DNA from: Phormidesmis sp. | Lineage (GTDB): Bacteria; Cyanobacteriota; Cyanobacteriia; Leptolyngbyales; Leptolyngbyaceae | NCBI GenBank assembly: GCA_965248535.1 | Contig: CBDFJR010000002.1 | Span: 2,368,001 to 2,432,000, forward strand | Direction: 5' to 3' | DNA length: 64,000 bases | In this document: one piece after another, positions 41,049 to 51,751 of the stretch | Numbering within the stretch: the stretch's first letter is position 1 | Layout of the letters: every line of letters starts with the position of its first letter | Made by a program: the position numbers and the translations under genes | Notes under the pieces: model-generated | What the model was told of the DNA's origin: nothing | What the model saw: only the letters and a program-made list of their open reading frames with translations | Database searches by the model: none

Positions 41049-42530
41049 TCACAATCCTATCTGAGACATAATAGCGCCCCATCTAAATTGATCTAACCTT
41101 TGGCGTTGTGTGAAAAAATACTCTTCTAAATATGGCTCAATCTCTGTTTTCCATATGACTTCGATGTTTTCAGCTAGGTCATCGCACAGGAAAAAGGATG
41201 ATCCTATTTCATAACTCGGATCATCAATTTCTCGATTGAGAGATTCTAGAGTTTCGATAAGCTTCTCTATCGAGAAAGGCAATTCTTTTCCTGCGTGGGA
41301 TCGTCTCAACACATCATAATCAGGTTGTAAAGCAATAAACGCAAATCTGCGACGCAGTGCGTAGTCTATCAAAGCGATAGATCGGTCAGCCGTGTTCATT
41401 GTGCCAATAACAATCACATTTCGAGGAATTTCAAAAAGCTTGCCGCTTGCCAAAGGAATTTTTTTATCACGATATTCTAGCAAGTACATCAATTCGCCGA
41501 AAACTTGAGCAAGATTTGCACGGTTCATCTCATCCAAAATGAGGACGCAGATCCCCTGATAATTTTTTGCCTTTTCGCAGAAGTCTAGAAATCTACCATT
41601 CTTGTATGGATAGGTCAAAGTGCCAGATCTAGTGGAGACTGGACGAATCCCTTGAATAAAATCTTCATAGCTGTAGGCTGGATGAAACTGCACTACGTCG
41701 TGAAAGCCACTTTCACCAGTGATGTGACGAACCAAATGCTCTGCAATGAAAGTCTTACCTGTACCAGGCGGACCATACAATATGGCTTGCTTCTTGCGTT
41801 TGATTACTTTAATCCACTGACCTAGTTTTTCCTCTGGCAGATACGTCGCGTTCGCACAGTCTTCTAGTGAATATGCTGATTGATGCAACATCTGACCAGA
41901 ATTAACTTCTTGTTCAGCAAATGAGACTGAAACTGTATCTTCTGGAGAACTTATAGCACCTTGCTCAGAAGCATTCGGAGTCAGGTAAGCAGCTTCTGGC
42001 GAACCAGAAACTTCTATTTCAGCAGGAGTGTCATTGCCTTGAATATCTTCGATTTGGTCAAACAGCAGACCTTGATTGTCTGACGGAGATAATCTCTCAC
42101 TTATTTCTTCGCGAATTGTGTCCCGAACTGATTGAGATTGAAAGGAAGACCAGACCTCATCGTTGATTTTGATATAAGGTACACCTCGCCTAACCGATGC
42201 TGGGTAAGCAGGGTTAATCGTCTCAATATCAACACCTTCTGAGGGTTGAGGTATCCAAACCTGTAAAGGTTCTTGATCACTTCGGAGCCTGATATATGGG
42301 TTGGAGAACTGCCGCTCAAGAACTTGGTTACTAGCTCGCTCTGGAATTAAGGTTTTGAAGAAATTAAAAAGCTCAGTGTACTCGAATTTATTGGGATGAT
42401 CAGGTTGGTTGTTCAAAAGTTCAAGTACAGACAAAATCAGTAAAGACTTGTATTCTTCTTTCCACTCTGGATTGAGCCTTGTCCGAATTCTCTTAATCCA
42501 TTGAATAACTTGAAAGTCTGGACTTGGCAT
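41049..42530 (-). CDS. mcrB: McrB-family AAA+ GTPase with atypical N-terminal domain
   Basis: GPPGTGKT, QFHPAYSYEDFIQG, DEMNRAN, MNTADRS, ALRRRF. Confidence 0.92.
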   Translation of the reverse strand: MPSPDFQVIQWIKRIRTRLNPEWKEEYKSLLILSVLELLNNQPDHPNKFEYTELFNFFKTLIPERASNQVLERQFSNPYIRLRSDQEPLQVWIPQPSEGVDIETINPAYPASVRRGVPYIKINDEVWSSFQSQSVRDTIREEISERLSPSDNQGLLFDQIEDIQGNDTPAEIEVSGSPEAAYLTPNASEQGAISSPEDTVSVSFAEQEVNSGQMLHQSAYSLEDCANATYLPEEKLGQWIKVIKRKKQAILYGPPGTGKTFIAEHLVRHITGESGFHDVVQFHPAYSYEDFIQGIRPVSTRSGTLTYPYKNGRFLDFCEKAKNYQGICVLILDEMNRANLAQVFGELMYLLEYRDKKIPLASGKLFEIPRNVIVIGTMNTADRSIALIDYALRRRFAFIALQPDYDVLRRSHAGKELPFSIEKLIETLESLNREIDDPSYEIGSSFFLCDDLAENIEVIWKTEIEPYLEEYFFTQRQRLDQFRWGAIMSQIGL

Positions 42531-42575
42531 AGTACTCTTCCTGTTTTAGATCGAAATAAATTAATTGTTGCATTC

Positions 42576-44633
42576 CTAACTTTTGCGTTCCGCTTGTTTT
42601 GCTCGGATTGTCGATCGCACCAATTTCACTCGATATGGATCAGCGTCTTTGCGCCACACCACTCGATGCCCCTTCAACTCAGCACAATGATCCTCTAGGC
42701 AAGATCGCCACCCTCTATGATCGCTGATCCGTTTCCAATCCTCCAACAATCCCCAATCCTCTTCCTGCCGACTGAGCTTGGCAAACTTCTCATAACCGGG
42801 ATACTCCGACGTGACCAGCAAATCCTTTTGATGCAACACAGGTGGATTTTCGGCTGAATCATAGTCGCGGTAATGGACATGCAAATCTCGTAAATCAATT
42901 TGCATACTCGTGTGCAGCGCAGGATGGGGATCAGCATCAAAGTCTGGATAAACCAGGTACGTAATTTTAGGCTTCCGACAGTGAAATTTAATCACGTTCG
43001 CTTCTTCAGGGCGACCAATCGTGCGCGACGCACAGCCTTCGTAGAGGCGAAGGAGCGGATCAAGAGTGTCGATCGCGGATAGATGAACCCAAAGGGAATT
43101 CGCTAGCTTCTTCCCGATCGGGCTGTTTTGACATCGTTCTGCCACTACGTCCAAATTGCCCAAACTCATGAGCATGAGATCTGCGGCTGTGCAGGCTTGC
43201 TGAAAGCCTCCAAACAGACTCTTGAGGTCGGTCTGAATCACGCTTGCCAAATCTCGCATCTTGGGACGATGACCAAAATGACTCAGCGCCAGGTAAACTA
43301 GCAAGTCTTGGCGACGGCGATTGCTAATCTCATCCCATTCTTGCGGATTCGTGGCTTGCAAGACAATCTGAAACGCACGGCGGAGATTGCCAAACTCCGC
43401 GCTGAGGGTTTCCGTTTCGGGCAATTCCTCCAGCGTGGGCAATCGTCCCCGCTCGGTGAAGAAAGTCATCAGTGGCGCGAGCTGATCCTTGTAATCTTCA
43501 AATCGCTTGTTCTGAAGCTGCACTTTGGGGACGCTGACGCGCGATCGAAACCGAGCGGCGCGGAAATTCTGTGCTTGTGCCTCATCTCGAAAGACAAAAT
43601 AAATCCCTAGCGCAACCGGAACCGCGTCTACTCCTAGCACCTGGTCGATGTAAAGCTTGAGTTCTTCCTGGTCGTAATATTTCTGAAAGGTATTGCGGCT
43701 GGTGATAATGCCATCTCCATAGGCAATTTGGCTATTGCCCTGCGCGATCAATACCTGCGCTGCCACAATCAAAACTTGCTGGGTAAGTTCCCAAGCTTTA
43801 ATTAGAGCCTCTCGCCGCTCTGTTTGGGATTCAACTACATTAATGATGTAGCCCAAATTCACGACATCGGCTGTCACCAATTGGGTATCCGGTTGATAAT
43901 AAGGGTCCCAACCTGAACTGGGATAACCCAATTTGGCGATCCGCTCCAAATCGCCGCCCTGACCGCATCCATAGTCAAAGAATCTCGTCTCTTTCTGAAA
44001 AAGACTTGCTTCCAAGGCGAGACGGACAGGTTTAGAAAAGTCATTGCGGCTGATCGCAGCTTTGTGTCGATCGATCTTGACTTGAGAACTTTGAGAATTG
44101 AGGAGCGATCGCTGAATCAGGGTATGTCCCTGAAACGCAACGCGAAACGCTGCTAATCGTTTTTCCCACGCCAAACGAGTGCCAATCCCACGCGAATTAT
44201 CCAACAACCCTAAAGCCTCTTCTTGACGAGTCAGAGCCGCAAACTGTTGGTAACGCGGATAATCTGGAGCAACGAACGTTTCCTTGCGATGCAAGATGAA
44301 AGGGTTCTCACTGCTGCTGTAGTCCCGGTGATTCACTTCCTGCTTGGCTAAATCAACCTGAAGGCTAGCGACCAGCGCTGGATGGGGATCGCTGTCAAAT
44401 TCTGGATAGGTTAAATACGAGAGGCTAGGTTTATCAAAACTAAATTTGACTAGCGTAACGGCTTCAGCAGAATCGAGGAGTTGACGCGCTTCAGCTTCGT
44501 ATGTTTGTAAAAGCGGATCGAGAACTGGGACGGCTGAAATGTGAACGTAAAGCGCATCCGGCAAAAGTTTACCCACCCGACTTCGCTGGCAGGCACTGGT
44601 GATGGTGCTGAACTCATCAAGGCTACAAAACAT
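42576..44633 (-). CDS. DNA phosphorothioation-associated putative methyltransferase
   Basis: FDYGCGQGGD, GWDPYY, VNLGYIINV; duplicated SYL.YP.FD.DPHPAL..NP..LH.K domain. Confidence 0.85.
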   Translation of the reverse strand: MFCSLDEFSTITSACQRSRVGKLLPDALYVHISAVPVLDPLLQTYEAEARQLLDSAEAVTLVKFSFDKPSLSYLTYPEFDSDPHPALVASLQVDLAKQEVNHRDYSSSENPFILHRKETFVAPDYPRYQQFAALTRQEEALGLLDNSRGIGTRLAWEKRLAAFRVAFQGHTLIQRSLLNSQSSQVKIDRHKAAISRNDFSKPVRLALEASLFQKETRFFDYGCGQGGDLERIAKLGYPSSGWDPYYQPDTQLVTADVVNLGYIINVVESQTERREALIKAWELTQQVLIVAAQVLIAQGNSQIAYGDGIITSRNTFQKYYDQEELKLYIDQVLGVDAVPVALGIYFVFRDEAQAQNFRAARFRSRVSVPKVQLQNKRFEDYKDQLAPLMTFFTERGRLPTLEELPETETLSAEFGNLRRAFQIVLQATNPQEWDEISNRRRQDLLVYLALSHFGHRPKMRDLASVIQTDLKSLFGGFQQACTAADLMLMSLGNLDVVAERCQNSPIGKKLANSLWVHLSAIDTLDPLLRLYEGCASRTIGRPEEANVIKFHCRKPKITYLVYPDFDADPHPALHTSMQIDLRDLHVHYRDYDSAENPPVLHQKDLLVTSEYPGYEKFAKLSRQEEDWGLLEDWKRISDHRGWRSCLEDHCAELKGHRVVWRKDADPYRVKLVRSTIRAKQAERKS

Positions 44634-44911
44634 TCAACACAGACTTTGGGTGACACGTCCGCCCTAACTGGAACTCATTATGCTACCGCTTGGCAAAAGT
44701 TGGTTAACTTGTACCGCTTCAGGGATCATCGTTCAGTCTATCGCTGTCGGGCTTCCTCAATCTTACCGCTATGGATGGAGTGATGAGAATTTCTTATGCG
44801 CTCCTTGAACGCTACCTGTAGTAAAATAAACCCGCTTCGATTATCTTGATCAGGATAATGTTCAATTAGCCTCGAATCATAGACAATAAATACATTAGTT
44901 CTATATTAATT

Positions 44912-45820
44912 ATGGCAGTAGAGCAGATCACCCACAGCAATAGCGCCTCAAACCCAGTTGTGTTTGCGCGTCATGAGACCTTTCATCCCCGGTTCGGTTG
45001 GCTCAAGAAAGGGTTTGATCGCGCCTCTGCCGATTCGGAAATTTTCCTACGAGAGGATGCTCCTGTTCGCTTGGGCGTAGGAAAGAATATGGTGCGATCG
45101 ATTCGCTATTGGTGTCAAGCCTTTAAGCTGCTGGAAGCTGATCAGCCCACAGAATTTGGCATTCAATTATTGGCAGAAGCAGGCTGGGACTCATTCTTAG
45201 AAGATCCTGCCTCCTTGTGGTTACTGCATTGGAAACTACTGGAACCACCCTGTTACGCCACGACATGGGAGTTTGTCTTTAACCAGTTTCGCCCCGTCGA
45301 GTTTTCCGTTGAGGAATTGTTTAATCAGCTTTGTGAGTACCGCGATCGTATCGCTCCTCGGATGGCAGAGTCATCCTTGCGAAAGGATATTAGCTGCCTC
45401 CTGCGAACCTATACCCAACAGGTGAGCGGTAAGAATTCGGTCAGTGAAGACTCGCTAGATTGCCCCTTTTCCGAATTGGGGTTGCTCTATCCAGCAGGCA
45501 ATTCTCGCACTTATGGATTTCGGATGGGGCAAAAGCCAACGTTACCCGCCGCTGTTGTCGTCTATGCCTGTTTACATTACGCCGCTCGATCGATGGAAGG
45601 ACAAAAGCGAATTCCGATTGGCAAGCTGCTTTACGACCCCGGTAGCCCTGGGCAGGTGTTTCGTCTGACAGAAAGCGCCTTGGATGCTGCAATTACAGTA
45701 TTCGCAGATGAGACTTCCTTGGGAATCAGCGATGCCGCCGGAAAACGAGAATTTTTCTTTAGCGATGAGCCGATCGATAAAGCAACGAATATCCTGAACA
45801 CGTATTACAGAGCGAGGTGA
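44912..45820 (+). CDS. sspB: DUF4007 protein, SspB-like
   Basis: FARHETFHPRFGWLKKG, LGVGKNMVRSIRYW, LWLLHW, DCPFSELGL. Confidence 0.85.
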   Translation: MAVEQITHSNSASNPVVFARHETFHPRFGWLKKGFDRASADSEIFLREDAPVRLGVGKNMVRSIRYWCQAFKLLEADQPTEFGIQLLAEAGWDSFLEDPASLWLLHWKLLEPPCYATTWEFVFNQFRPVEFSVEELFNQLCEYRDRIAPRMAESSLRKDISCLLRTYTQQVSGKNSVSEDSLDCPFSELGLLYPAGNSRTYGFRMGQKPTLPAAVVVYACLHYAARSMEGQKRIPIGKLLYDPGSPGQVFRLTESALDAAITVFADETSLGISDAAGKREFFFSDEPIDKATNILNTYYRAR

Positions 45821-45824
45821 GGCG

Positions 45825-48482
45825 ATGAAAAATCAATCTTTAGCAAGCTATTTCAGCCTGCATCGCCGCTACCATCGCTCTATTAATCTAGAGCGAGATT
45901 TTGACAAGGTTGATGCGGTTGAGGGATATGTTCTGACAGAGCGATCGAGTGAAGCGCTCCAACGAATCGTGACGGCAATCGGTAATCCTAAAGCGCATCG
46001 TACCTGGACTCTCACTGGGACATATGGCTCAGGTAAATCAGCATTTGCGCTTTATCTAACTGCGCTCTGCGCTCCAGAAGACAGCTCATTCGATGAGGCG
46101 GCTTGGACGATCGCAGAACGGACACTGCCAAAAAATAGCCCTATTTTTCAGGCAATTAGAGAGTACTTGCCGACAGAAGGGTTGCTGCGGGCAGTCGTTG
46201 CGGGAGCCAGAGAGCCGCTTGGATGGACGATTATTCGAGCGCTTGCCAATGGAATAAGGCAAATCGGGTCGCGCAAGCGAAGATCAGCAGTGATACAGGC
46301 AATCCTGAATTGGGATAGTGAGGTGGCAGTGGGTCGCTGCCAGATTACAAATCAGCAAGTGTTGACGACACTCCAGCAGCTAGCCCAGATTGCAGGTATG
46401 GATATTTTGCTGGTGATTGATGAGTTGGGCAAGAACTTAGAATATGCTTCTCATCATCGCAGCACTGAGGATTTGTACTTACTTCAGCAGATCGAAGAGT
46501 TGCGCCATCAGGATCATCAGGTCTATTTCCTGGGCTTGTTGCATCAGTCGTTTGTAGGCTACAGCGAACAGTTAACCGCGATCGAGCAAAATGAATGGAC
46601 AAAAATTCAGGGGCGGTTTGAAAATCTGCAACTAACTGAGTCTCCGAGTCAGATGACGCGGCTGATTGGCTTAGCGATCGAGCAATCTGATTCGATTTCA
46701 TTAGTCTGTAATCAGCAGGCGAACCTTTGGTATCAAGCACTTCAAGCAACGTTAGTTGATCAAGAAGTATCTGCGAAAGTTTTAGCCTCAACGTATCCAC
46801 TGCATCCCATTACGGCGTTAGTCCTACCGCTGTTATGCACTCGCTATGCCCAAAATGATCGCTCGCTCTTCACCTTTTTAACGAGTGATGAACCTCACGC
46901 CTTGACTCGATTCCTTCAAACTCACGAGCTAGAAGAAGATGAGTTTTCGACGCTTAAACTGCATCAGCTATATGATTATTTCGTGGAATCTGTTGCAGGG
47001 TTGGCTTCTCAAGTAAATCTTCAGCGCTGGGTTGAAATTCAGACTCTAATTCAGGATGCGCGATCGCAAGATGAAGACATTCTCAAGGTACTGAAAACCA
47101 TCGGAATTCTTAACCTAATTGCTTCAACAGGAACACTCAAGGCAACACCTGACTTGGTTTCATTGGCACTGTGCGATCGTCCAAATGATAAAACAGCGTT
47201 AAAGCATTGGCGTAAACAAATTGACTTGCTGAAAAAACGCGGCACGATTATCTACCGCTCTCAGGCAGACGAACTGCGGATTTGGGAAGGATCAGATTTC
47301 GACGTAGAGGCAGAGATCGTTGAACACATTGAAAAGTCGCAGCGAGTCTCCCTTGCTGAGCTTTTGACGGCGACTCATCCGCTCAAGCCAATGGTGGCAC
47401 AGCGCCACTACACAACAACCGGGAACCTTCGCTACTTTGAACAACGCTATGTGGATAGCCTGACTTCATTGGGGGATCTGCGAACGTCGCTACCTGGTAC
47501 AGATGGGCTAATTCTTTATTGGCTTGATATTGATGCTCCACGAGAGATCCCTAATCAGACTGCTGATGGTAAACCTCTGATCTTAATCACAACGAACCAG
47601 CTTGATCTACTTCGGATTCGATCGCAGCATTTGCAAGCGCTTAAAACAATTAAAGATGCACCAGAGTTAACGTCCGATGGTGTAGCAAAGCGAGAAGTGA
47701 GGCATCGCCTAGTGTTGGCTGGTAGCTTGCTCAATGAGACCATGCAGCAAGCATTTAGTTGGGCAGAAAAACAGAATCGGTGTTGGGTCGATGGAGAACG
47801 ACACAAGATTTGCAGTACTCGTGAGTTTCAAGCTGCTCTTTCTGAATTGTGCGATCGCACCTATCCGCTAGCTCTACGTCTCGACAATGAATTGATCAAT
47901 CGTCGGGATTTAACGTCTCAAGGTGCAAAAGCGCGGCGAGAACTGATCGAAGAAATGCTGAAATCTGCTCATCTTGAAAGATTAGGGCTAGAAGGGTACG
48001 GTCCTGAAGTGGCGATGTACTACTCAGTTTTAGAGGCAACCGGAATTCATCGACAGGAAGCGGGTGAGTGGGATTTCTATCCGCCTCGTCTAGAGTCTGG
48101 AGTAGAAACAGTTTGGGAAAGAATAGAATCTTTTTGCATCGCATCAGTTGATCAACAGCGATCGCTAGATTTGCTCTATCGAGAATTAGAATATCCGCCC
48201 TATGGCGTGAAGGCAGGCGCAGTGCCGCTGCTGCTGGCGGCGTTCTTACTTCACCGAGCCGAGGATATTGGGGTTTACAAGGATGGAACGTTTATTCCTG
48301 TTCTTGGTCCTGAACATTTTGAATTGTTGGTGAAAGCGCCTGAGCGGTTCTCAGTTAAACATTTTGAGATTGCTGGACTGCGATCGCAGGTCTTCCAAAA
48401 GCTAGAGGTGGTGCTGAAGTCTCCCAATAGCAAAACTCCATCGGGAGTGCGGAATGCGTCTTTGTTAGCGATTGCGAGTTAG
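45825..48482 (+). pseudogene. sspC: SspC-like ATPase, apparently 3'-truncated by the convergent HNH gene
   Basis: RSINLERD, GTYGSGKS, IDELGKNLE, YPLHP, AQNDRSLFTFL, PPYGVK. Ends abruptly, its stop overlapping the HNH stop. Confidence 0.7.
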
Positions 48483-49924
48483 CTTCGAGAGTAAGCCCAG
48501 CCAGCTTCAAAGCCTAAGCTCGTAGCGAGAGACATCAAGGGTTGTATGGTAGAACTGTAAGCCTTGCTGAGTTTCTCAAAGTCAGTTAAATCATCTTTCG
48601 TATTCAGTCTCAAATCAGAAATATAGGAATCAATAAACTTGTTCCAGGTTCTATCTTTGCTCATCTTTTCTTTCCAGACGATTAAGCCAAGATGATGCAC
48701 TCTCACAAAGGAATCAAAATAGACTGACGAAGGAATTATTTTAGATTTTGAAGAATTAACATCGCCAAATGTTGGAATTAGATTCCAGATTTGATCATGT
48801 GCCACGAATGACCAGGGAAGATAATGATCAAGAGAAAGTTTAGAATCTGCTCTCAAAGGGCGATTTGAGTAAATGCAGCTAATTTCGTCTGTATGCTCTA
48901 GAACTGCTTGCCAGTACTTTGTTTGGGAAGTTAAAGCGCCTCTTCTAATTTGAGGAAAAAGTTTATTTGAGATTGCAGGTGTACTTGGATTTCGGCTTTG
49001 CATATATTGCAGCCATTCCCAAGCAACCCATCCTCTTACAATGGAATAATTCATTCTAATGTAAGAAGTCCATTCGGGAGATAGGTAAATGGATTTGCAT
49101 GAATTTGGGGAATCACCATCAAGTTTGTAAAGCGGTTTAGCTGTATCGAAATGCTGTTCAGCTAGAAGCATGATTATTTCATTTTCGATATGATCGTTTC
49201 TTACAGCGTCTCGGTTCTGGCTCTTGTAAGCTTTCAACTGCTGAGATAGAAAAGGTGTAATCAGTCGAAACGGTACATATCTCATTAACGAATCTTTCCC
49301 TATCAAAAGGCTGTCTAGGTTTCGTTTTGAGAGTTCTTCTCTAAGCAGTTCTTTCTCTGATTCGTCGAAAGCTGGCTTATCAAGATTTAGAGCAAGAGAG
49401 TCTAGCTTGATAGCAATTTTGTCTTGTGTGCCAAATGATAATTTGAAATAAGTATGCGGATACCAAGCATTGACTAATATTTCAATCAGCAACTCTCTAA
49501 AGCTGATTGGCGACTCAGCATCAAAGTTTCGTCTTCTCAGAATGTCGAGCAAGGAGAGAAAGAAAACGTACTTATAAGAAGTGGTTGTTTTATCGAAAAG
49601 TCTGGAGAAAGCAGCAACGTTTAAGCCTTCGTTTTCAGGAAGCCACCCGAAGCCCTCACCGACAGGATTTGTCCATGTTTCTGATGAACTGGCTCCTATA
49701 GACAAATCGGCGGCATATAGGCTGATAAACTCGTCGGCTGCATCAGGATTAATCGACCTGAGTGCTGCAATGATGCCTTGAACAGTTTCCGAGTTAGGAT
49801 CTCTGACTTCAGCGACCCATCGATGAACGTTAGACCGAGCAATACTAAGCTTTTCAGCCAATTTACCCTGGCTGATGCTGTGACTTGTCAAAACTTGCCC
49901 TAGAACCTTGCCTGCTTTTCCCAT
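48479..49924 (-). CDS. XRE-HTH fused HNH endonuclease
   Basis: ISQGKLAEKLSIARSNVHRW; SYKYVFFLSLL; CIYS..LDHYLPWSFVAHDQIWNLIP..VNSSKS. Confidence 0.88.
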   Translation of the reverse strand: MGKAGKVLGQVLTSHSISQGKLAEKLSIARSNVHRWVAEVRDPNSETVQGIIAALRSINPDAADEFISLYAADLSIGASSSETWTNPVGEGFGWLPENEGLNVAAFSRLFDKTTTSYKYVFFLSLLDILRRRNFDAESPISFRELLIEILVNAWYPHTYFKLSFGTQDKIAIKLDSLALNLDKPAFDESEKELLREELSKRNLDSLLIGKDSLMRYVPFRLITPFLSQQLKAYKSQNRDAVRNDHIENEIIMLLAEQHFDTAKPLYKLDGDSPNSCKSIYLSPEWTSYIRMNYSIVRGWVAWEWLQYMQSRNPSTPAISNKLFPQIRRGALTSQTKYWQAVLEHTDEISCIYSNRPLRADSKLSLDHYLPWSFVAHDQIWNLIPTFGDVNSSKSKIIPSSVYFDSFVRVHHLGLIVWKEKMSKDRTWNKFIDSYISDLRLNTKDDLTDFEKLSKAYSSTIQPLMSLATSLGFEAGWAYSRS

Positions 49925-49962
49925 GCTTCTGATCGTGTCAGAGAAGTTTGTTTCCGTAAATA

Positions 49963-50013
49963 GAAGCCAATTGGCTTCCAACTCGTGTTATTGTGGAAAC
50001 TAATTGGTTTCCA
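49963..50013. promoter_or_regulatory. Twin palindromic operators
   Basis: GAAGCCAATTGGCTTC (49963-49978, perfect) and TGGAAACTAATTGGTTTCCA (49994-50013, one mismatch). Confidence 0.7.
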
Positions 50014-50040
50014 TTTATTTAACCTTCAGGATGAACTTCG

Positions 50041-50232
50041 ATGCGATACGAAGACCTTCTGCACCCTTGGATAATCGTTCGTCACCTTCCAAATCTGCAA
50101 AATCTCACAGTGAAGCGGTTTCGCCGTCGGAATGATGCTGATGAGTGCCTGAAAGCCCTCCGCCGTCTTTCCCCTAACGGGGAATTCATCATCATGTTTG
50201 ATGGTGCGGTTCAAACACAGGAGAAGCTCTAA
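50041..50232 (+). CDS. Small hypothetical protein divergent from the HTH-HNH gene
   Basis: LHPWIIVRHLP..RFRRRNDA; recalled as a small cyanobacterial family found opposite XRE genes. Confidence 0.65.
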   Translation: MRYEDLLHPWIIVRHLPNLQNLTVKRFRRRNDADECLKALRRLSPNGEFIIMFDGAVQTQEKL

Positions 50233-50489
50233 TGACCAGAGTTAGACATTTTCAGGAGTTAGATTATGCTTTGACTCTGAGAATCCTTCATGATACGAGG
50301 GGCTGTGATAGAAGCACGATTCAAGTTAAAGACTTAACTGGTAAAGTGTTTGAGACGTGGCATCGTAGGTATAGGCTGTGGCGCAATCCAATTCATGGAA
50401 CAGCTAAAAACCTTGCTGCAATCAAGACTATCTATAACGCGATCGACATTGACGATTACGTTAGAAAAAACGGTTACTACGATTATTAG
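50232..50489 (+). CDS. Hypothetical protein
   Basis: TAATG coupling; GGAG RBS. Confidence 0.5.
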   Translation: MTRVRHFQELDYALTLRILHDTRGCDRSTIQVKDLTGKVFETWHRRYRLWRNPIHGTAKNLAAIKTIYNAIDIDDYVRKNGYYDY

Positions 50490-50568
50490 CCTTTCTTCTC
50501 AGTCGATCGCTGCACTCCTTGCTATTGATAGAGCGCTTCTTTCTACTGAAGAATTGCTCCTTTGCCAT

Positions 50569-50690
50569 AGTGGACAGTTTCTTCGTGCTGATGGACAGTC
50601 TCTTCGTGCTGATGGACAGTTTCTTTGCAACGATGGACAGTTTCTTCGTACTGATAGATAGTTTCTTCATGACTGATAGATTGTTTCATG
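50569..50690. repeat. 21-bp tandem repeat, about 5.5 degenerate copies
   Basis: Unit GATGGACAGTTTCTTCGTGCT starting at 50569, 50590, 50611, 50632, 50653. Confidence 0.9.
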
Positions 50691-50844
50691 TCGCCGATCG
50701 AATAGCTCTTGCTGCTGATGCACTATTTCATTAGCCAGAAGAACGGCTCCTTTGGTAAAAAGAAACGTTCCTACCGTGAGATAGAAACGTTGTCTAATTA
50801 ACCCGATTGAAGCAAGTTGAACAAAGGTTGTCCGATTCAGGTAA

Positions 50845-51339
50845 TCAGGAAACCCCAGCAGGAATCGGTTGTGAGCTAGACTCAACCGTGTCTTTCTTGT
50901 TGCGACGAGCAAACTGCTGCTTGAGTTGTTCCACAACAATCTTCATTCCTGGCATATCATCGTGAGCTTTGGCAGCATCGTATACTTTCAAAGAAGCGGT
51001 ATACGCCTCACATTGAGCGGTGAAATAGGTGTCATCAACTAGGCTGTGCAGTTCAGTTAGAGCCATCAGCACCGGATAGAGATCTTCCATCAACTTCACG
51101 TCTTTCTGCATCTCTTCTACGTCAAACGATCGCGGTAAGCAATCGGTATGTTGTTGCGCGGCATCCAAACAATTGAGCATGAAACCACGACTGCGATCGC
51201 CAACTTTAGGCGCGGCTTTGCGATCGTCTACGGTCAAATGCACCAAAAAGGGCATGGCTTGCTTAATCGTGTCGATCGCTGCCATGACAGCTTTGCGATC
51301 TTCTGCGCTTAACGTGGCACTAATTCGGTTTGATGTCAT
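50845..51339 (-). CDS. Helical hypothetical protein
   Basis: 164-aa ORF with globular amphipathic composition. Confidence 0.75.
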   Translation of the reverse strand: MTSNRISATLSAEDRKAVMAAIDTIKQAMPFLVHLTVDDRKAAPKVGDRSRGFMLNCLDAAQQHTDCLPRSFDVEEMQKDVKLMEDLYPVLMALTELHSLVDDTYFTAQCEAYTASLKVYDAAKAHDDMPGMKIVVEQLKQQFARRNKKDTVESSSQPIPAGVS

Positions 51340-51429
51340 ATAAATTACACAAAAAACAGCTTGTACTTAGACGGTACTGCTCCTGTTATATCGTTGGGAA
51401 AGTTAAAACCCCTGTGATCAAGCTCACTG

Positions 51430-51751
51430 CACTTGTGAAATCGGTTTATCTTTTAGCCGCCGCACTCGCTATGCACCTAATGACGCGCTTCTCAGAACGC
51501 TTGTGCTTGCATCTGTGTCAACTCGGATGGAGTTTCAAGAATTTTTAGCAAAATTGCATCAGAAATACGGCTTTATCATTGGCGATCGCCAAGCCGAAGC
51601 TCTGATCAACTCCGGTGATGCCGATCGTGAAGACTTCGTGGCAAATGCCGAACGGCTCGAACGTCGCCTTGCCAGTATCGGGCTGCTCAAACGCCTCTCC
51701 GATGCCTGTGCCTACGTCCAAAACCCCTTTGCCTCAGAGGTGAAATCATGA
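51430..51751 (+). pseudogene. 3' remnant of an SspG/DptG-like gene
   Basis: IGLSFSRRTRYAPNDALLRTLV...LASIGLLKRLSDACAYVQNPF. In-frame TAA at 51404 upstream; ATGA overlap with the next gene. Confidence 0.65.

Noticed and set aside
50569..50690. CRISPR array
   Set aside because: Units are directly adjacent with no unique spacers, and no cas genes are present.
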